Assembly: GCA_963754875.1 (NCBI GenBank)
Contig: CAVWHO010000020.1
Coordinates: forward strand, 224,001 to 288,000
DNA length: 64,000 nt
Source: Nitrospirota bacterium
GTDB lineage: Bacteria; Nitrospirota; UBA9217
Direction of reading: 5' to 3'
Below the pieces are notes generated by a model. It made no database searches. It was not told the origin of the DNA and saw only the letters and a program-made list of their open reading frames with translations. Below, piece by piece: positions 7,906-16,778 of the stretch; positions within the stretch are counted from its first letter, which is position 1, and each line of letters starts with the position of its first letter. The translations under genes and the position numbers were made by a program.

Positions 7906-8187
7906 ATGTTCGTGATGATAAAGAGCGCGCCGGATACGACTGATGGAGCACTCGGATTGACCCTTGCGAAAGAAAGCGGGGCCGATCTTATCCTGCTGCA
8001 GAACGGCGTGTATTTTGCGAAAAAAGAACGGCTCGGCGATTTTGCCAGGACAGTGTATGTCCTGGATGACGACAAGAGGCTCCGGGGTCTCAAGGATTCC
8101 GAAATGGATGGGCGTGCAAAAAACATCGACTACGACAAGCTGACCGACATCATTACGGGCGGCGACAAGGTGGTCGGGATGTTTTAA
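7906..8187 (+). CDS. dsrH: DsrH/TusB-family protein
   Basis: LILLQNGVY, VYVLDDD.RLRGL and IDYDKL motifs; 93 aa. Confidence 0.82.
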   Translation: MFVMIKSAPDTTDGALGLTLAKESGADLILLQNGVYFAKKERLGDFARTVYVLDDDKRLRGLKDSEMDGRAKNIDYDKLTDIITGGDKVVGMF

Positions 8188-8212
8188 ATCTTGTTGTACA
8201 GGGGAGGTTATT

Positions 8213-9403
8213 ATGTCAAGGATCGTTGTGGTAGGGGGATCGTTCGGGGGATTGACAGCGGCCTTCGAGCTTAAACGACTGCTTGGGAAGAAAGCCGACG
8301 TGACCGTGGTGAGCGACGATGACCGGTTTGTGTTCCTGCCGTCGCTGCCGTGGCTCATCATGGGGTGGAGAAAGCCGGAAGATATTACCCTTAAGGTGAG
8401 CGAGATCCTGAAGCCCAAGGGGATCGAGTTCGTTCATGACGCGGCAAAGCAGATCGACGCCGATTCATCGAAGGTAACAACCTCAAAAGGAAAAGAGCTG
8501 CCCTATGACTTTCTCGTAATATCTACGGGACCGTATCTTTCCTTTGATGAGATTCCCGGGCTGGGACCTGATAAGGGCCATACCGACTGTACGTTTACAC
8601 TTGATCATGCATTAAGAGCCAGAGAATCGTGGAAAAAGATCCTGGAGAACCCCGGTCCGATAGTCGTCGGTTCGTCGCAGATGGTGAGCTGTTTCGGCCC
8701 GTCCTACGAGCTGGCGTTTGAGATGGACACCGAGCTTCGCCGTCGAAAAATGCGCCACAAAGTACCCATCCTCTATCTCACGTCTGAACCCTATCTCGGC
8801 CACATGGGGGTCGGTGGTCTCGGCAAATCAAAGCGCTTCATGGAAGACGAATTTGCCGAGCGGGACATCAAACCCGTCATCAGCCAAGCCATTGAAGAGG
8901 TAACGCCCGGAGAAATCAAACTCAAGGACGGCACAAAGCTACCCTTCAAACTTGCCATGATCGCGCCGCCGTTCAAAGGCGTGCCTGCCGTCATGCCGTT
9001 GGGAAATCCCCGCGGGTTCATCCCGGTTGACAAGAACTATCGTCATACGAAATTTAAAAATATTTTTGCCATCGGTGTTACCATGGCCATCGCACCGCCG
9101 GAGGCGACGCCGGTGCCGACGGGCGTTCCCAAGACCGGATTTATGACGGTGAAGATGGCGAAGATTGCCGCGGCAACTATCGCTGCCGGCATCACCGGGA
9201 AGACCCCGCCTCCTCCGTCGGAAATCGGCGTGGTTTGTCTCATGGACATGGGAAACACAGCCGCATACATGAAGGCCTATCCCGTGCTTCCGCCGCGCCA
9301 GAGTTCCTATACGAGGAAGACCATCTGGGCGAAGTGGATGAAGGTCCGGTTCGAGAAATACTTCCTCTGGAAGATGAAGAGGGGGCTCAGCAATCTGCCA
9401 TGA
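8213..9403 (+). CDS. sqr: Sulfide:quinone oxidoreductase family flavoprotein
   Basis: GGSFGGL FAD motif, FVFLPSLPW, SCFGPSYE (Cys1), VPKTGFM, VCLMDMG (Cys2), C-terminal amphipathic KVRFEKYFLWK. Confidence 0.85.
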   Translation: MSRIVVVGGSFGGLTAAFELKRLLGKKADVTVVSDDDRFVFLPSLPWLIMGWRKPEDITLKVSEILKPKGIEFVHDAAKQIDADSSKVTTSKGKELPYDFLVISTGPYLSFDEIPGLGPDKGHTDCTFTLDHALRARESWKKILENPGPIVVGSSQMVSCFGPSYELAFEMDTELRRRKMRHKVPILYLTSEPYLGHMGVGGLGKSKRFMEDEFAERDIKPVISQAIEEVTPGEIKLKDGTKLPFKLAMIAPPFKGVPAVMPLGNPRGFIPVDKNYRHTKFKNIFAIGVTMAIAPPEATPVPTGVPKTGFMTVKMAKIAAATIAAGITGKTPPPPSEIGVVCLMDMGNTAAYMKAYPVLPPRQSSYTRKTIWAKWMKVRFEKYFLWKMKRGLSNLP

Positions 9404-9546
9404 AGAAAGAGATATTGAAGCTGCACGCTGATTTTTGCAAGATATTTTCCAATCCCACGAGGCTTGAGATACTCTGCCTGCTTAGAGAAGGCGAACTGAC
9501 TGCCGGCGAGATCACTGAGAAGCTCGGCGTGTCACATGGCTATTAA
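9400..9546 (+). pseudogene. Truncated second ArsR-family regulator
   Basis: ATGA overlap with the sqr stop; MKKEILKLHADFCKIFSNPTRLEILCLLREGELTAGEITEKLGVS breaks off before the recognition helix. Confidence 0.8.
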
Positions 9547-9606
9547 ACTTACATCATAGGTGCAGGGCCAGGCGGTTATGTCGCCGCGATACGTGCAGCG
9601 CAGGCT
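9536..9606 (+). pseudogene. 5' fragment of a dihydrolipoamide dehydrogenase-like gene
   Basis: MAIKL(frameshift)IIGAGPGGYVAAIRAAQ, the canonical LpdA N-terminus. Confidence 0.7.
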
Positions 9607-10265
9607 CTTTCGTTCTTTGAGCTTCGGTGTAGATTTCATGGCTGAAAAGGTCAATGACATGCAGCGCATAGAACCTACGGTCATCTTTGATGTAGCGCGG
9701 CCCCACCAAGCCCATCTGGTGGATATTGTTGCACCCCAAGGCCTCGGTGAAGTAAGGGTATTCGACTCCTTTGGACGCATAGGCTGTTTTTTTAACGAGC
9801 CCTTTGCGTTTCAGCACTCGGTTTATCGTGCTGTCCGAAGGAAATGGTAGCCCCTGCTTCTTGAGCTCCCATTTGATGGCGGAAACGCCGATCTGGGCAT
9901 AAGGCGCATCCACCAGTTGCTGCCTGGTCAAAAGGATGCGCTTTTTCGCTCCCTCGTCGATCTCCGAGGGCCTTGTTTTGGGAGCCCGAGATTGTTCTTT
10001 GAACCAGCCTGCTGCTCCGGTTCGATATCGTATCAGCCATTTGAAGAACCACTTCTTGGATCGGTTCAGGCTGGTATAAACATCTTTGGGTGATTCGCCT
10101 CTTTGGATGTGTCGTTTGATAGGGGTCTGTCTGAGTGCGCTCTCCTTTAGTAATCTGAATAAGGAGAGCATGAATTGGGCCGAGAAGATGCTCTAGCCTA
10201 ATAAACACGATTTCGGGTAACCGATGTCTTGACCAGCCGGGTAACCGATGTCCTGAAACTTGTCA
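9607..10265 (-). mobile_element. Truncated IS481-like element (transposase pseudogene)
   Basis: KWFFKWLIRYR, SRAPK, PSDSTINRVLKR, HQMGLVGP (expected D replaced by G), truncated after YTEAQRTKE. End carries the repeated cgggtaaccgatgtc (10214-10228, 10238-10252). Confidence 0.72.
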
Positions 10266-10285
10266 GCTATACCATAATCCCTGCA

Positions 10286-11926
10286 CTACGAGTCTTGTTT
10301 CTTTTCATCCTCCCACACTTTTTTCTCGATCTCTTTTAACAAGCCTTCGAACGAACCCTGATTGATCGCTGAACAGACAACGCCCCTGAACCGGTTTGCC
10401 ATGGCTTTTGCCCAGAGGGGGTTTACGAGGTCCACCTTGTTCAGAACAACAATCTGGGGAATGTGTTCAAGGCCGATCTCCCTCAAGAGATTGTTCACCG
10501 AGTCCATCTGCTGCTCGAACCGGGGATTGCTGATATCAACTACGTGCAGGATCAGGTCGGCGTCCTGCATTTCGTCGAGCGTGGCACGGAACGCTCCGAG
10601 CAGGTCCTTCGGCAGGTCCTTGATGAATCCTACGGTGTCGGTGATGACGACCTCTCGGTCGCGCGGAAAGCGTAGTCTCCGCGTGGCCGTGTCGAGCGTG
10701 GCGAATAAAAGGTTTTCCGCCTTGACCTCCGATTTCGTCAGCGCATTAAAGAGCGTTGACTTGCCGGCATTGGTGTACCCGGCAATCGAAACGATGGGGA
10801 TCTCGCTTTTGATGCGCCGCTCGCGCCGCTGGTCTCTGGCCTTCCCGAGGGCATCGAGCTGCTTCTCCAGCCTCCGGATCTTGTCCCGCGCCCTGCGCAT
10901 GTCGACCTCGAGCCGCGTTTCGCCCGGGCCTCTTCCGCCGATGCCGCCTGTGAGCCGGGAAAGGGCAGTGGAACGTTCCGATAATCTCGGCAGGCGGTAT
11001 TTGAGCTGGGCAAGCTCGACCTGCACCTTGCCGTCGCCGCTGTGGGCACGGCGCGCGAAGATGTCGAGGATGAGCTGGGTGCGGTCGATGACGCGCATCT
11101 CGGTGATGTCGCCGATGGCCTTGACCTGGGCAGGAGACAGGTTCTGGTCGAACACGATCAGGTCCGCGCCGAGTTGCTGAGAACGGATGATGAGCTCCTT
11201 GAGTTTTCCTTCACCGAGCAGATACTTCGGGTTGATGTCATGCAGCCGCTGGATCACGGTATCCAGCACCGTGATGCCGTCCGTTCGTGCGAGTTCCTTC
11301 AGTTCCTCGACGGATTCCTCCTGCTCGTGCCTGCTCTTTTTCGATACGCTCACGAGGATGGCGCGGTCTTTTTTGGCTACTTCACGTGCTTCCTGTGCCC
11401 TCTCCATCTGGCGCTCGATGTCCGCGATGAATTCCGCGGCATCCAGCGCGATCGCATGTACGGAACGCGGCGGCATGACCTCATAAATTTTCTCTTCGGG
11501 ATTGGGCGGGACGAGATAGGCGATCGAGATGTTTCCGGGCAGCCCGTCGGCCTGGACCGCGAGTGCAGCCATGAAATCCAGCCGGAGCAGGGCAAGGTCC
11601 GTCAGGTCTTCCTGGTTCAGCGGCTGGCCCTTAAGATGGGTGTGGATGAAGCGGACGCCCCGCAGCCGTTTCGCGCCCAGGCGGTGCTCGGACAAGTCGG
11701 GAATGAGGATGTCCTTGTTCGTGCCGACAAGCACGTTGCGAACGCTGCCGGAGCGGTCGATGATGAGACCGATCTGCCTGCCCGTCTCTGCAGAGGCCTC
11801 GGAAAGAGCCCTCGCTGCCTCGGGAGTGATAACCGCGTCCGGCGGCATTCTCCTTCGATAGAGACGCTCGAGCAGTTTTACTTCAGCAGGTTTAAGACCT
11901 GTTGTTTCGCCGTGAATAGTTGGGAT
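10286..11926 (-). CDS. hflX: Ribosome-splitting GTPase HflX (long form with N-terminal extension); probable ATC start
   Basis: DRTQLILDIFA, GGIGGRGPGE, GYTNAGKSTL, LFATLD, DTVGF, NKVD. SD GAGGAG 6 nt before ATC 11926 (the ORF track uses TTG 11974). Confidence 0.93.
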   Translation of the reverse strand: MPTIHGETTGLKPAEVKLLERLYRRRMPPDAVITPEAARALSEASAETGRQIGLIIDRSGSVRNVLVGTNKDILIPDLSEHRLGAKRLRGVRFIHTHLKGQPLNQEDLTDLALLRLDFMAALAVQADGLPGNISIAYLVPPNPEEKIYEVMPPRSVHAIALDAAEFIADIERQMERAQEAREVAKKDRAILVSVSKKSRHEQEESVEELKELARTDGITVLDTVIQRLHDINPKYLLGEGKLKELIIRSQQLGADLIVFDQNLSPAQVKAIGDITEMRVIDRTQLILDIFARRAHSGDGKVQVELAQLKYRLPRLSERSTALSRLTGGIGGRGPGETRLEVDMRRARDKIRRLEKQLDALGKARDQRRERRIKSEIPIVSIAGYTNAGKSTLFNALTKSEVKAENLLFATLDTATRRLRFPRDREVVITDTVGFIKDLPKDLLGAFRATLDEMQDADLILHVVDISNPRFEQQMDSVNNLLREIGLEHIPQIVVLNKVDLVNPLWAKAMANRFRGVVCSAINQGSFEGLLKEIEKKVWEDEKKQDS

Positions 11927-11961
11927 GACGGTCTCCTCGGGATTTTCCTGTGTAAAAAGAT

Positions 11962-11987
11962 ACAGCGCAGGCAAACACCTGCGCTGT
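11962..11987. terminator. Hairpin between the upstream gene and hflX (terminator- or attenuator-like)
   Basis: acagcgcagg-caaaca-cctgcgctgt, 10-bp stem; T-rich tails on both strands. Confidence 0.5.
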
Positions 11988-12020
11988 TTTCATTGTATCA
12001 TAGTTTTGTGCGACGCAACG

Positions 12021-12497
12021 TTACTTCACAAGAAACACGATATCATGTTCCCGGGCGTGGTCTTTTACTTTGAGGCCGACGCTCTGGCCTGCCGAGGCCT
12101 GGTCTACGTGCTGGTGTTCATACTCCATGGATTCCACTGCTTGCGTAAAGTCTGTCACGTGTCCTTTTATGTGGATGGTAGCGCCGGTTTTGAGCTCTCC
12201 TTTATTGAGCTGGACAACCGCCACGCTGAGATGGCTGTAATAATGGGTCACCGTGCCGATGGCCTCCTCATTGGAGACAGGTTCTTCCAAAGGCGGCATG
12301 CTGCGCGGAGGCGGGCCTGGCTCTACGGTGGTCGGCTTCAGCGGAACAGCTTGCTCGAGCGAAGGCACTCTCTTTTTCGCAGCTTTTTTCTTAATGATTT
12401 TCTTTTTAGCAAGTTTTTTCTTGATTGTTTTCTTGGCGGGTTTTCGGGAAGCGGCTTTCTTTTTTGTTTTCTCGCCTTTTACTTTTTTTTTCGGCAT
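12021..12497 (-). CDS. Lys/Ala-rich N-terminal tail fused to a translation-factor domain II-like beta-barrel
   Basis: IGTVTHYYSHLSVAVV.L..GELK.G..IHIKG..TDFTQ.VESM...A.AGQSVGLKV..HAREHD.VF; SD ggaggagg. Confidence 0.78.
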   Translation of the reverse strand: MPKKKVKGEKTKKKAASRKPAKKTIKKKLAKKKIIKKKAAKKRVPSLEQAVPLKPTTVEPGPPPRSMPPLEEPVSNEEAIGTVTHYYSHLSVAVVQLNKGELKTGATIHIKGHVTDFTQAVESMEYEHQHVDQASAGQSVGLKVKDHAREHDIVFLVK

Positions 12498-12862
12498 TCG
12501 ATAACCTCCTCCGTATTCTTTCTCGCATTACAAGAATTCTACGTCATGAATCTTCTGATTGTTTTGCGTGGTTGTGAGCCACATCCAGTCGAGATATCTC
12601 CTGACAGAAAAACTGTCAGAATTCTAGCAAAAAAACCGCAAAATGCAAGTGCAAAAGAAGTTAAAATCGTAAGTTGAGGGCCGTGAATGTTAGCTTGACA
12701 GCTTCTGATAAATGTGAAATAATCGCCCAACAAATAGGAGGCCTCTCCCGCCGAAGTTCGACGGGGAGCTTTTTTTTGGTCCATATAGTTTAGTAGTATC
12801 GAAACATCATTACGAGTAGGGGTACTGGCCGAGTGCCAGATTGAGAAAGGAGAGGAGGGCGT

Positions 12863-14344
12863 ATGAAAAAAGGGATATCTGTAATGTTGTTTGCTCTGAT
12901 CGTTGGAAGTGTGTCACTGTTTGTGCCTGCTACAGTCTTTGCAACCGATGGTATGAATCTTGAGGGATACGGTCCGATTGCGACGGGTATGGGCGGCGCG
13001 TCCATGGCCTACGACAACGGCACCGCGGCAATGATGAACAACCCTGCAACACTCGGCCTTATGCCGGAGGGGAACCGGCTCGATGTGGCTTTTGGTTATC
13101 TGGGACCGAACATCAAGGTGAGTGTGCCCGGTCAGGAGACCACATCGCAATTGAATGCCTTCTATATGCCGGCCATCGGTTGGGTACAGAAGAGTGGGCA
13201 GTCGTCATACGGCGTTGGTGTGTTCGCTCAGGGCGGCATGGGAGCGCAATATTCGGCGGATTCATTCATGGCGGCGGGATCAGGTGACAAAGTCCGTTCC
13301 GAGTTGAGTGTCGGACGACTGATCATTCCGTATGCCTATCAGGTAGACAAGAACTTGATTTTGGCCGCGTCCGTTGATTATGTGTGGGCCGGTCTGGACC
13401 TGAAGATGGCGCTTCCGGGGGCAGCATTTCTTGACATGGCCGCTTTTCCGGGATCAACGCAAACCTACGGTACGGTGTCAGGAAGCATGATGGACGCCTT
13501 TGGCAGTCTGGTTTTTGGCGGCGGCGCGTTTCCAGCTGGTACGGTCAATCCTGCCAACCCGGTGAACTATGGTCGCTTTGATTTCTCCGATAACGACCCA
13601 TTTACTGGCAAGGCCATGGGATCCGGCTTTGCCGGCAAGCTCGGCGGCGTCTACAAGATAAACGATGCAGTATCCGTTGGTTTGACTTATCACAGCAAAA
13701 CCTGGCTCGGAGATCTGGAAACAAATGGCGCTCAGGTAAGCTTTAATGCGAATGTCGACTCGGGTGTTGCCGGCGGTGGTGCGCCAAACGGCGTATACGT
13801 CCCTGCCACAATCCCGCTCACGGGCAAGATCCAGATCAAGGATTTTCAGTGGCCCCAGATGATAGGCGCCGGCGTCTCTTATCAAGCGTCAGACAATCTG
13901 ATGGTCGTATTCGATTATAAGTGGATCAACTGGGCAGACGTGATGAAGAACTTTAAAATGGTTTTCACCGCGGACTCGACTCAGTCCAATCCTATGGCGC
14001 AGGCGGCTTTTGGCGGTACGGAACTTGATGCCACTCTGTTCCAAAAATGGAGGGACCAGCATGTGTTCATGATCGGCGCAGGCTACAAGGTTAGTCCCGA
14101 CTGGATACTGCGCGCGGGGTTGAATATCACCAACAATCCGATCCCTGACACCTATTTAAATGCATTGTTCCCGGCCATCGAAAAGAACCATGTGACGTTG
14201 GGCGCGGGCTATATGATCACCAAGGCCTCGAGCGTAGACGCATCCTTCACCTATGCTCCCGAGGTCAAGGCGACCAACGGTCAGGGCCAGACCATAACCC
14301 ACAGTCAGACCAATTCACAGGTCATGTACAGCTATCGTTTCTAG
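12863..14344 (+). CDS. OmpP1/FadL/TodX-family outer-membrane transporter
   Basis: Signal peptide, TDGMNLEGYGP..GMGGA, NNPATL, C-terminal YSYRF. Confidence 0.88.
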   Translation: MKKGISVMLFALIVGSVSLFVPATVFATDGMNLEGYGPIATGMGGASMAYDNGTAAMMNNPATLGLMPEGNRLDVAFGYLGPNIKVSVPGQETTSQLNAFYMPAIGWVQKSGQSSYGVGVFAQGGMGAQYSADSFMAAGSGDKVRSELSVGRLIIPYAYQVDKNLILAASVDYVWAGLDLKMALPGAAFLDMAAFPGSTQTYGTVSGSMMDAFGSLVFGGGAFPAGTVNPANPVNYGRFDFSDNDPFTGKAMGSGFAGKLGGVYKINDAVSVGLTYHSKTWLGDLETNGAQVSFNANVDSGVAGGGAPNGVYVPATIPLTGKIQIKDFQWPQMIGAGVSYQASDNLMVVFDYKWINWADVMKNFKMVFTADSTQSNPMAQAAFGGTELDATLFQKWRDQHVFMIGAGYKVSPDWILRAGLNITNNPIPDTYLNALFPAIEKNHVTLGAGYMITKASSVDASFTYAPEVKATNGQGQTITHSQTNSQVMYSYRF

Positions 14345-14379
14345 TAGAAAATAGTTTTGTAAAGACTGGTTTAGCAAAG

Positions 14380-14417
14380 GAGCAATCCTCCCGAAAATGG
14401 AGGATTGCTCTTTTTTT
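14380..14417 (+). terminator. Rho-independent terminator
   Basis: gagcaatcctcc-N7-ggaggattgctc followed by T7. Confidence 0.85.
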
Positions 14418-14505
14418 CTACTCTTAATCCGAATCGGGTGTCTTGCGTCTGTTTTCGAGTTGACTGCGTCCAGTGATTGGATTATCATTGCTGAACGTCC
14501 GCACT

Positions 14506-15534
14506 ATGAAAATTCTTATCATCAAACTTTCCGCGATCGGCGATGTTGTCCAGACTTTGCCTGCACTCGAAGCAATCAAAAAAACCTATCCCGACAGCGA
14601 AATAACGTGGGTGGTCGAGGAGGCCGCGGCAGGCATTCTGGAAGGGCATCCGCTCATCGACCGGCTGCTGGTATCGCACAGGAGAGCCTGGCTGCACTTG
14701 TTCAAAAATCCCTTCACTGCATGGCGGGGCCTGAGCGGTATCACCAGGTTCGTCCGCGAGCTGCGCAGCATCCGCTTCGACATCGCCATAGATTTCCAGG
14801 GGCTCTTCAAGAGCGGCGTCCTTATCGGTCTTGCCCATGGGGACCGAAAAATCGGATTCGACCGTACGCGCGAATTTTCTTACCTGTTCCTGAATGAGCG
14901 CTTGCCGGCCTATGACATCGAAAAACATGCGCTCGAGCGGTATCTCGACATCGCGCGGTACCTCGGCGCGAGGGATGTTTCTACGGCCTGTGCGCTGCCG
15001 ATCGAAGGGGAGCGGGAAAAGATCAAGCGGCGAATTGACGCAGTGAAGCCGGCGGGACGGCGTTTCGTGGTCATGAATCCCGGAGCGCGCTGGACAACAA
15101 AGCTCTGGCCGGAGAGAAACTTCGCAGAACTTGCGGACCGGTTGATTCAGGAAAAAAATGCAGTAGTCATCTTTACCGGAGGTCCGGACGACCGCAGGAT
15201 GATCGAGCGGGTAATTACTCTGATGAAGCACGGTGACGCTTTGAACTGGGGAGGGGAAACTACGCTCAAGGAACTGGCAGCGCTCGCGTCGCTATCCGAT
15301 CTGTTTATCACGACGGATACCGGCTCCATGCACCTTGCGGCGGCTGTCGGAGCGAAGGTCCTTGCGCTCTTCGGGCCCACGGCCCCGTGGAGAACCGGAC
15401 CCTATGGGAGCTCCAATACGGTTGTGCGCTCGGAGGTTGATTGCTCACCGTGTTTTCAGCGTACCTGCGGGAAAAACGTGAAGTGCATGACGGGAATTAC
15501 CGTAGCGGATGTCATGAAAAAACTGCCACTGTGA
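14506..15534 (+). CDS. LPS heptosyltransferase (GT9, WaaC/WaaF-like)
   Basis: MKILIIKLSAIGDVV, DFQGLFKS, TTDTGSMHLAAA, LFGPT. Confidence 0.9.
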   Translation: MKILIIKLSAIGDVVQTLPALEAIKKTYPDSEITWVVEEAAAGILEGHPLIDRLLVSHRRAWLHLFKNPFTAWRGLSGITRFVRELRSIRFDIAIDFQGLFKSGVLIGLAHGDRKIGFDRTREFSYLFLNERLPAYDIEKHALERYLDIARYLGARDVSTACALPIEGEREKIKRRIDAVKPAGRRFVVMNPGARWTTKLWPERNFAELADRLIQEKNAVVIFTGGPDDRRMIERVITLMKHGDALNWGGETTLKELAALASLSDLFITTDTGSMHLAAAVGAKVLALFGPTAPWRTGPYGSSNTVVRSEVDCSPCFQRTCGKNVKCMTGITVADVMKKLPL

Positions 15535-15709
15535 ACTAAAAATGCAGAATGACGAACGAGGGGGCCTCTCGCATTCTGCATTTTTTAATGTGTCAGTAAC
15601 GAACCAAATTCTTTTTCAATATGCGTTAGAAAAATTCTCGCAGCGGCGCAGAGTTCCGGCAACTCCAAGCCTGAACTCGGCTGCTTACGTGTCGATTACC
15701 GCTACCGTT

Positions 15710-16159
15710 TCAGCAGAGACCGATCCCGGCCGTCCTGTCGATATACTGCACGATCTGCTCCAGCGCCAAGCGCCGGTCATCGAGTGCCCAGAAAAAAAAG
15801 TCGTCCAGCGACTTAAAGGGACCAGCGGCCGAGCGATGGGATGCGAGGACGTCTGCAGCCGCTTTATCTGCAACCACCTGGCCTGAAGACATCAACTGGT
15901 CCATCTCCTTCGGGAAGCCGGCGTACCAGGCAGCGTAGCTTTTCCCTTTCATTTTGCTGATGCGGTCCTTGACCAGGTGCAGCACGAAATGATAGAGGTC
16001 CTTCTGGTCGGCCATCATGTGCTGCGAATCGATAAGTATGGAGTACATCCCGATGGCCAGGGTCATGTCCGAGTAGCGTCCTTTCTTGAATAGTTCCTCC
16101 AAATAGCCGTTGAGCTTCTCTTTTTTTTCAACGCTCGATACCGTTACAAGTTCGGGCAT
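15710..16159 (-). CDS. Hypothetical protein
   Basis: 149-aa ORF with a purine-rich SD-like region upstream; no family recognised. Confidence 0.6.
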   Translation of the reverse strand: MPELVTVSSVEKKEKLNGYLEELFKKGRYSDMTLAIGMYSILIDSQHMMADQKDLYHFVLHLVKDRISKMKGKSYAAWYAGFPKEMDQLMSSGQVVADKAAADVLASHRSAAGPFKSLDDFFFWALDDRRLALEQIVQYIDRTAGIGLC

Positions 16160-16618
16160 AGCACCTTTCCTCCCCAGTGAACACAAGTGATCAATATATT
16201 GATCGTATGATCATATACCAAGTCCCGGGGGGAAGCAATATTTTTCTCAACTCTGCTCATAAAACCAAAGCCATAGCCTCCCTTCGGCATCTCAAACCTG
16301 TCGAAGATTAGTCCCGTCAACTATCGTTTTGTGTAGAGATGAGGCGGGAACTTGCATCTTCGTTTACGTTGTATCAAATCAGACTGTTCCTCTTCAATCG
16401 AAAATCGGCGGCACGCAGAAAAATCACAAAAAAATGTATTTCTATCTTGAATAAAAAGCAGCTCAAAGTTATTTACTGCAATTTCTTTCACGGGTCGGAA
16501 CTTTGGTGCTTATATTTGTCCAACGTCCGACCCTTTTTACCTCTAGTTTGTTTCAAAAACGACTCGGCTATTAATAATTGTAATTGTTAATTGCTTGATT
16601 CGTTGAAGAAAACGATAC

Positions 16619-16634
16619 TGGCAAACATATTGCT
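16619..16634 (+). promoter_or_regulatory. sigma54 (-24/-12) promoter
   Basis: TGGCAAACATATTGCT fits TGGCAN-N5-TTGC spacing; AT-rich region upstream of the ligand-binding protein/MCP pair. Confidence 0.6.
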
Positions 16635-16778
16635 TTTACAATCTTAAACAAAGGTAAACAGATTAGAAACTAAATACATAGTTACGCCTCATCATTATTG
16701 AATTCCAAAACCACGGAACAAAAAAAAGAATATTGCGGCTTTCAATTACAAAGACCAAATAAGAGAGGGAGGTGCTGT

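Noticed and set aside
7175..8187. dsrEFH as evidence of reverse Dsr sulfur oxidation or tRNA thiolation (tusDCB)
   Set aside because: No dsrAB, dsrC/tusE, tusA or mnmA nearby; the context is sqr and ArsR, so the pathway cannot be assigned.
10214..10252. Direct repeat as a CRISPR remnant
   Set aside because: Only two 15-bp copies 9 nt apart, at an IS end (transposase-binding repeats); no cas genes.
10362..12677. Long plus-strand ORFs (272, 343 and 250 aa)
   Set aside because: Antisense shadows of hflX and the Lys-rich gene.
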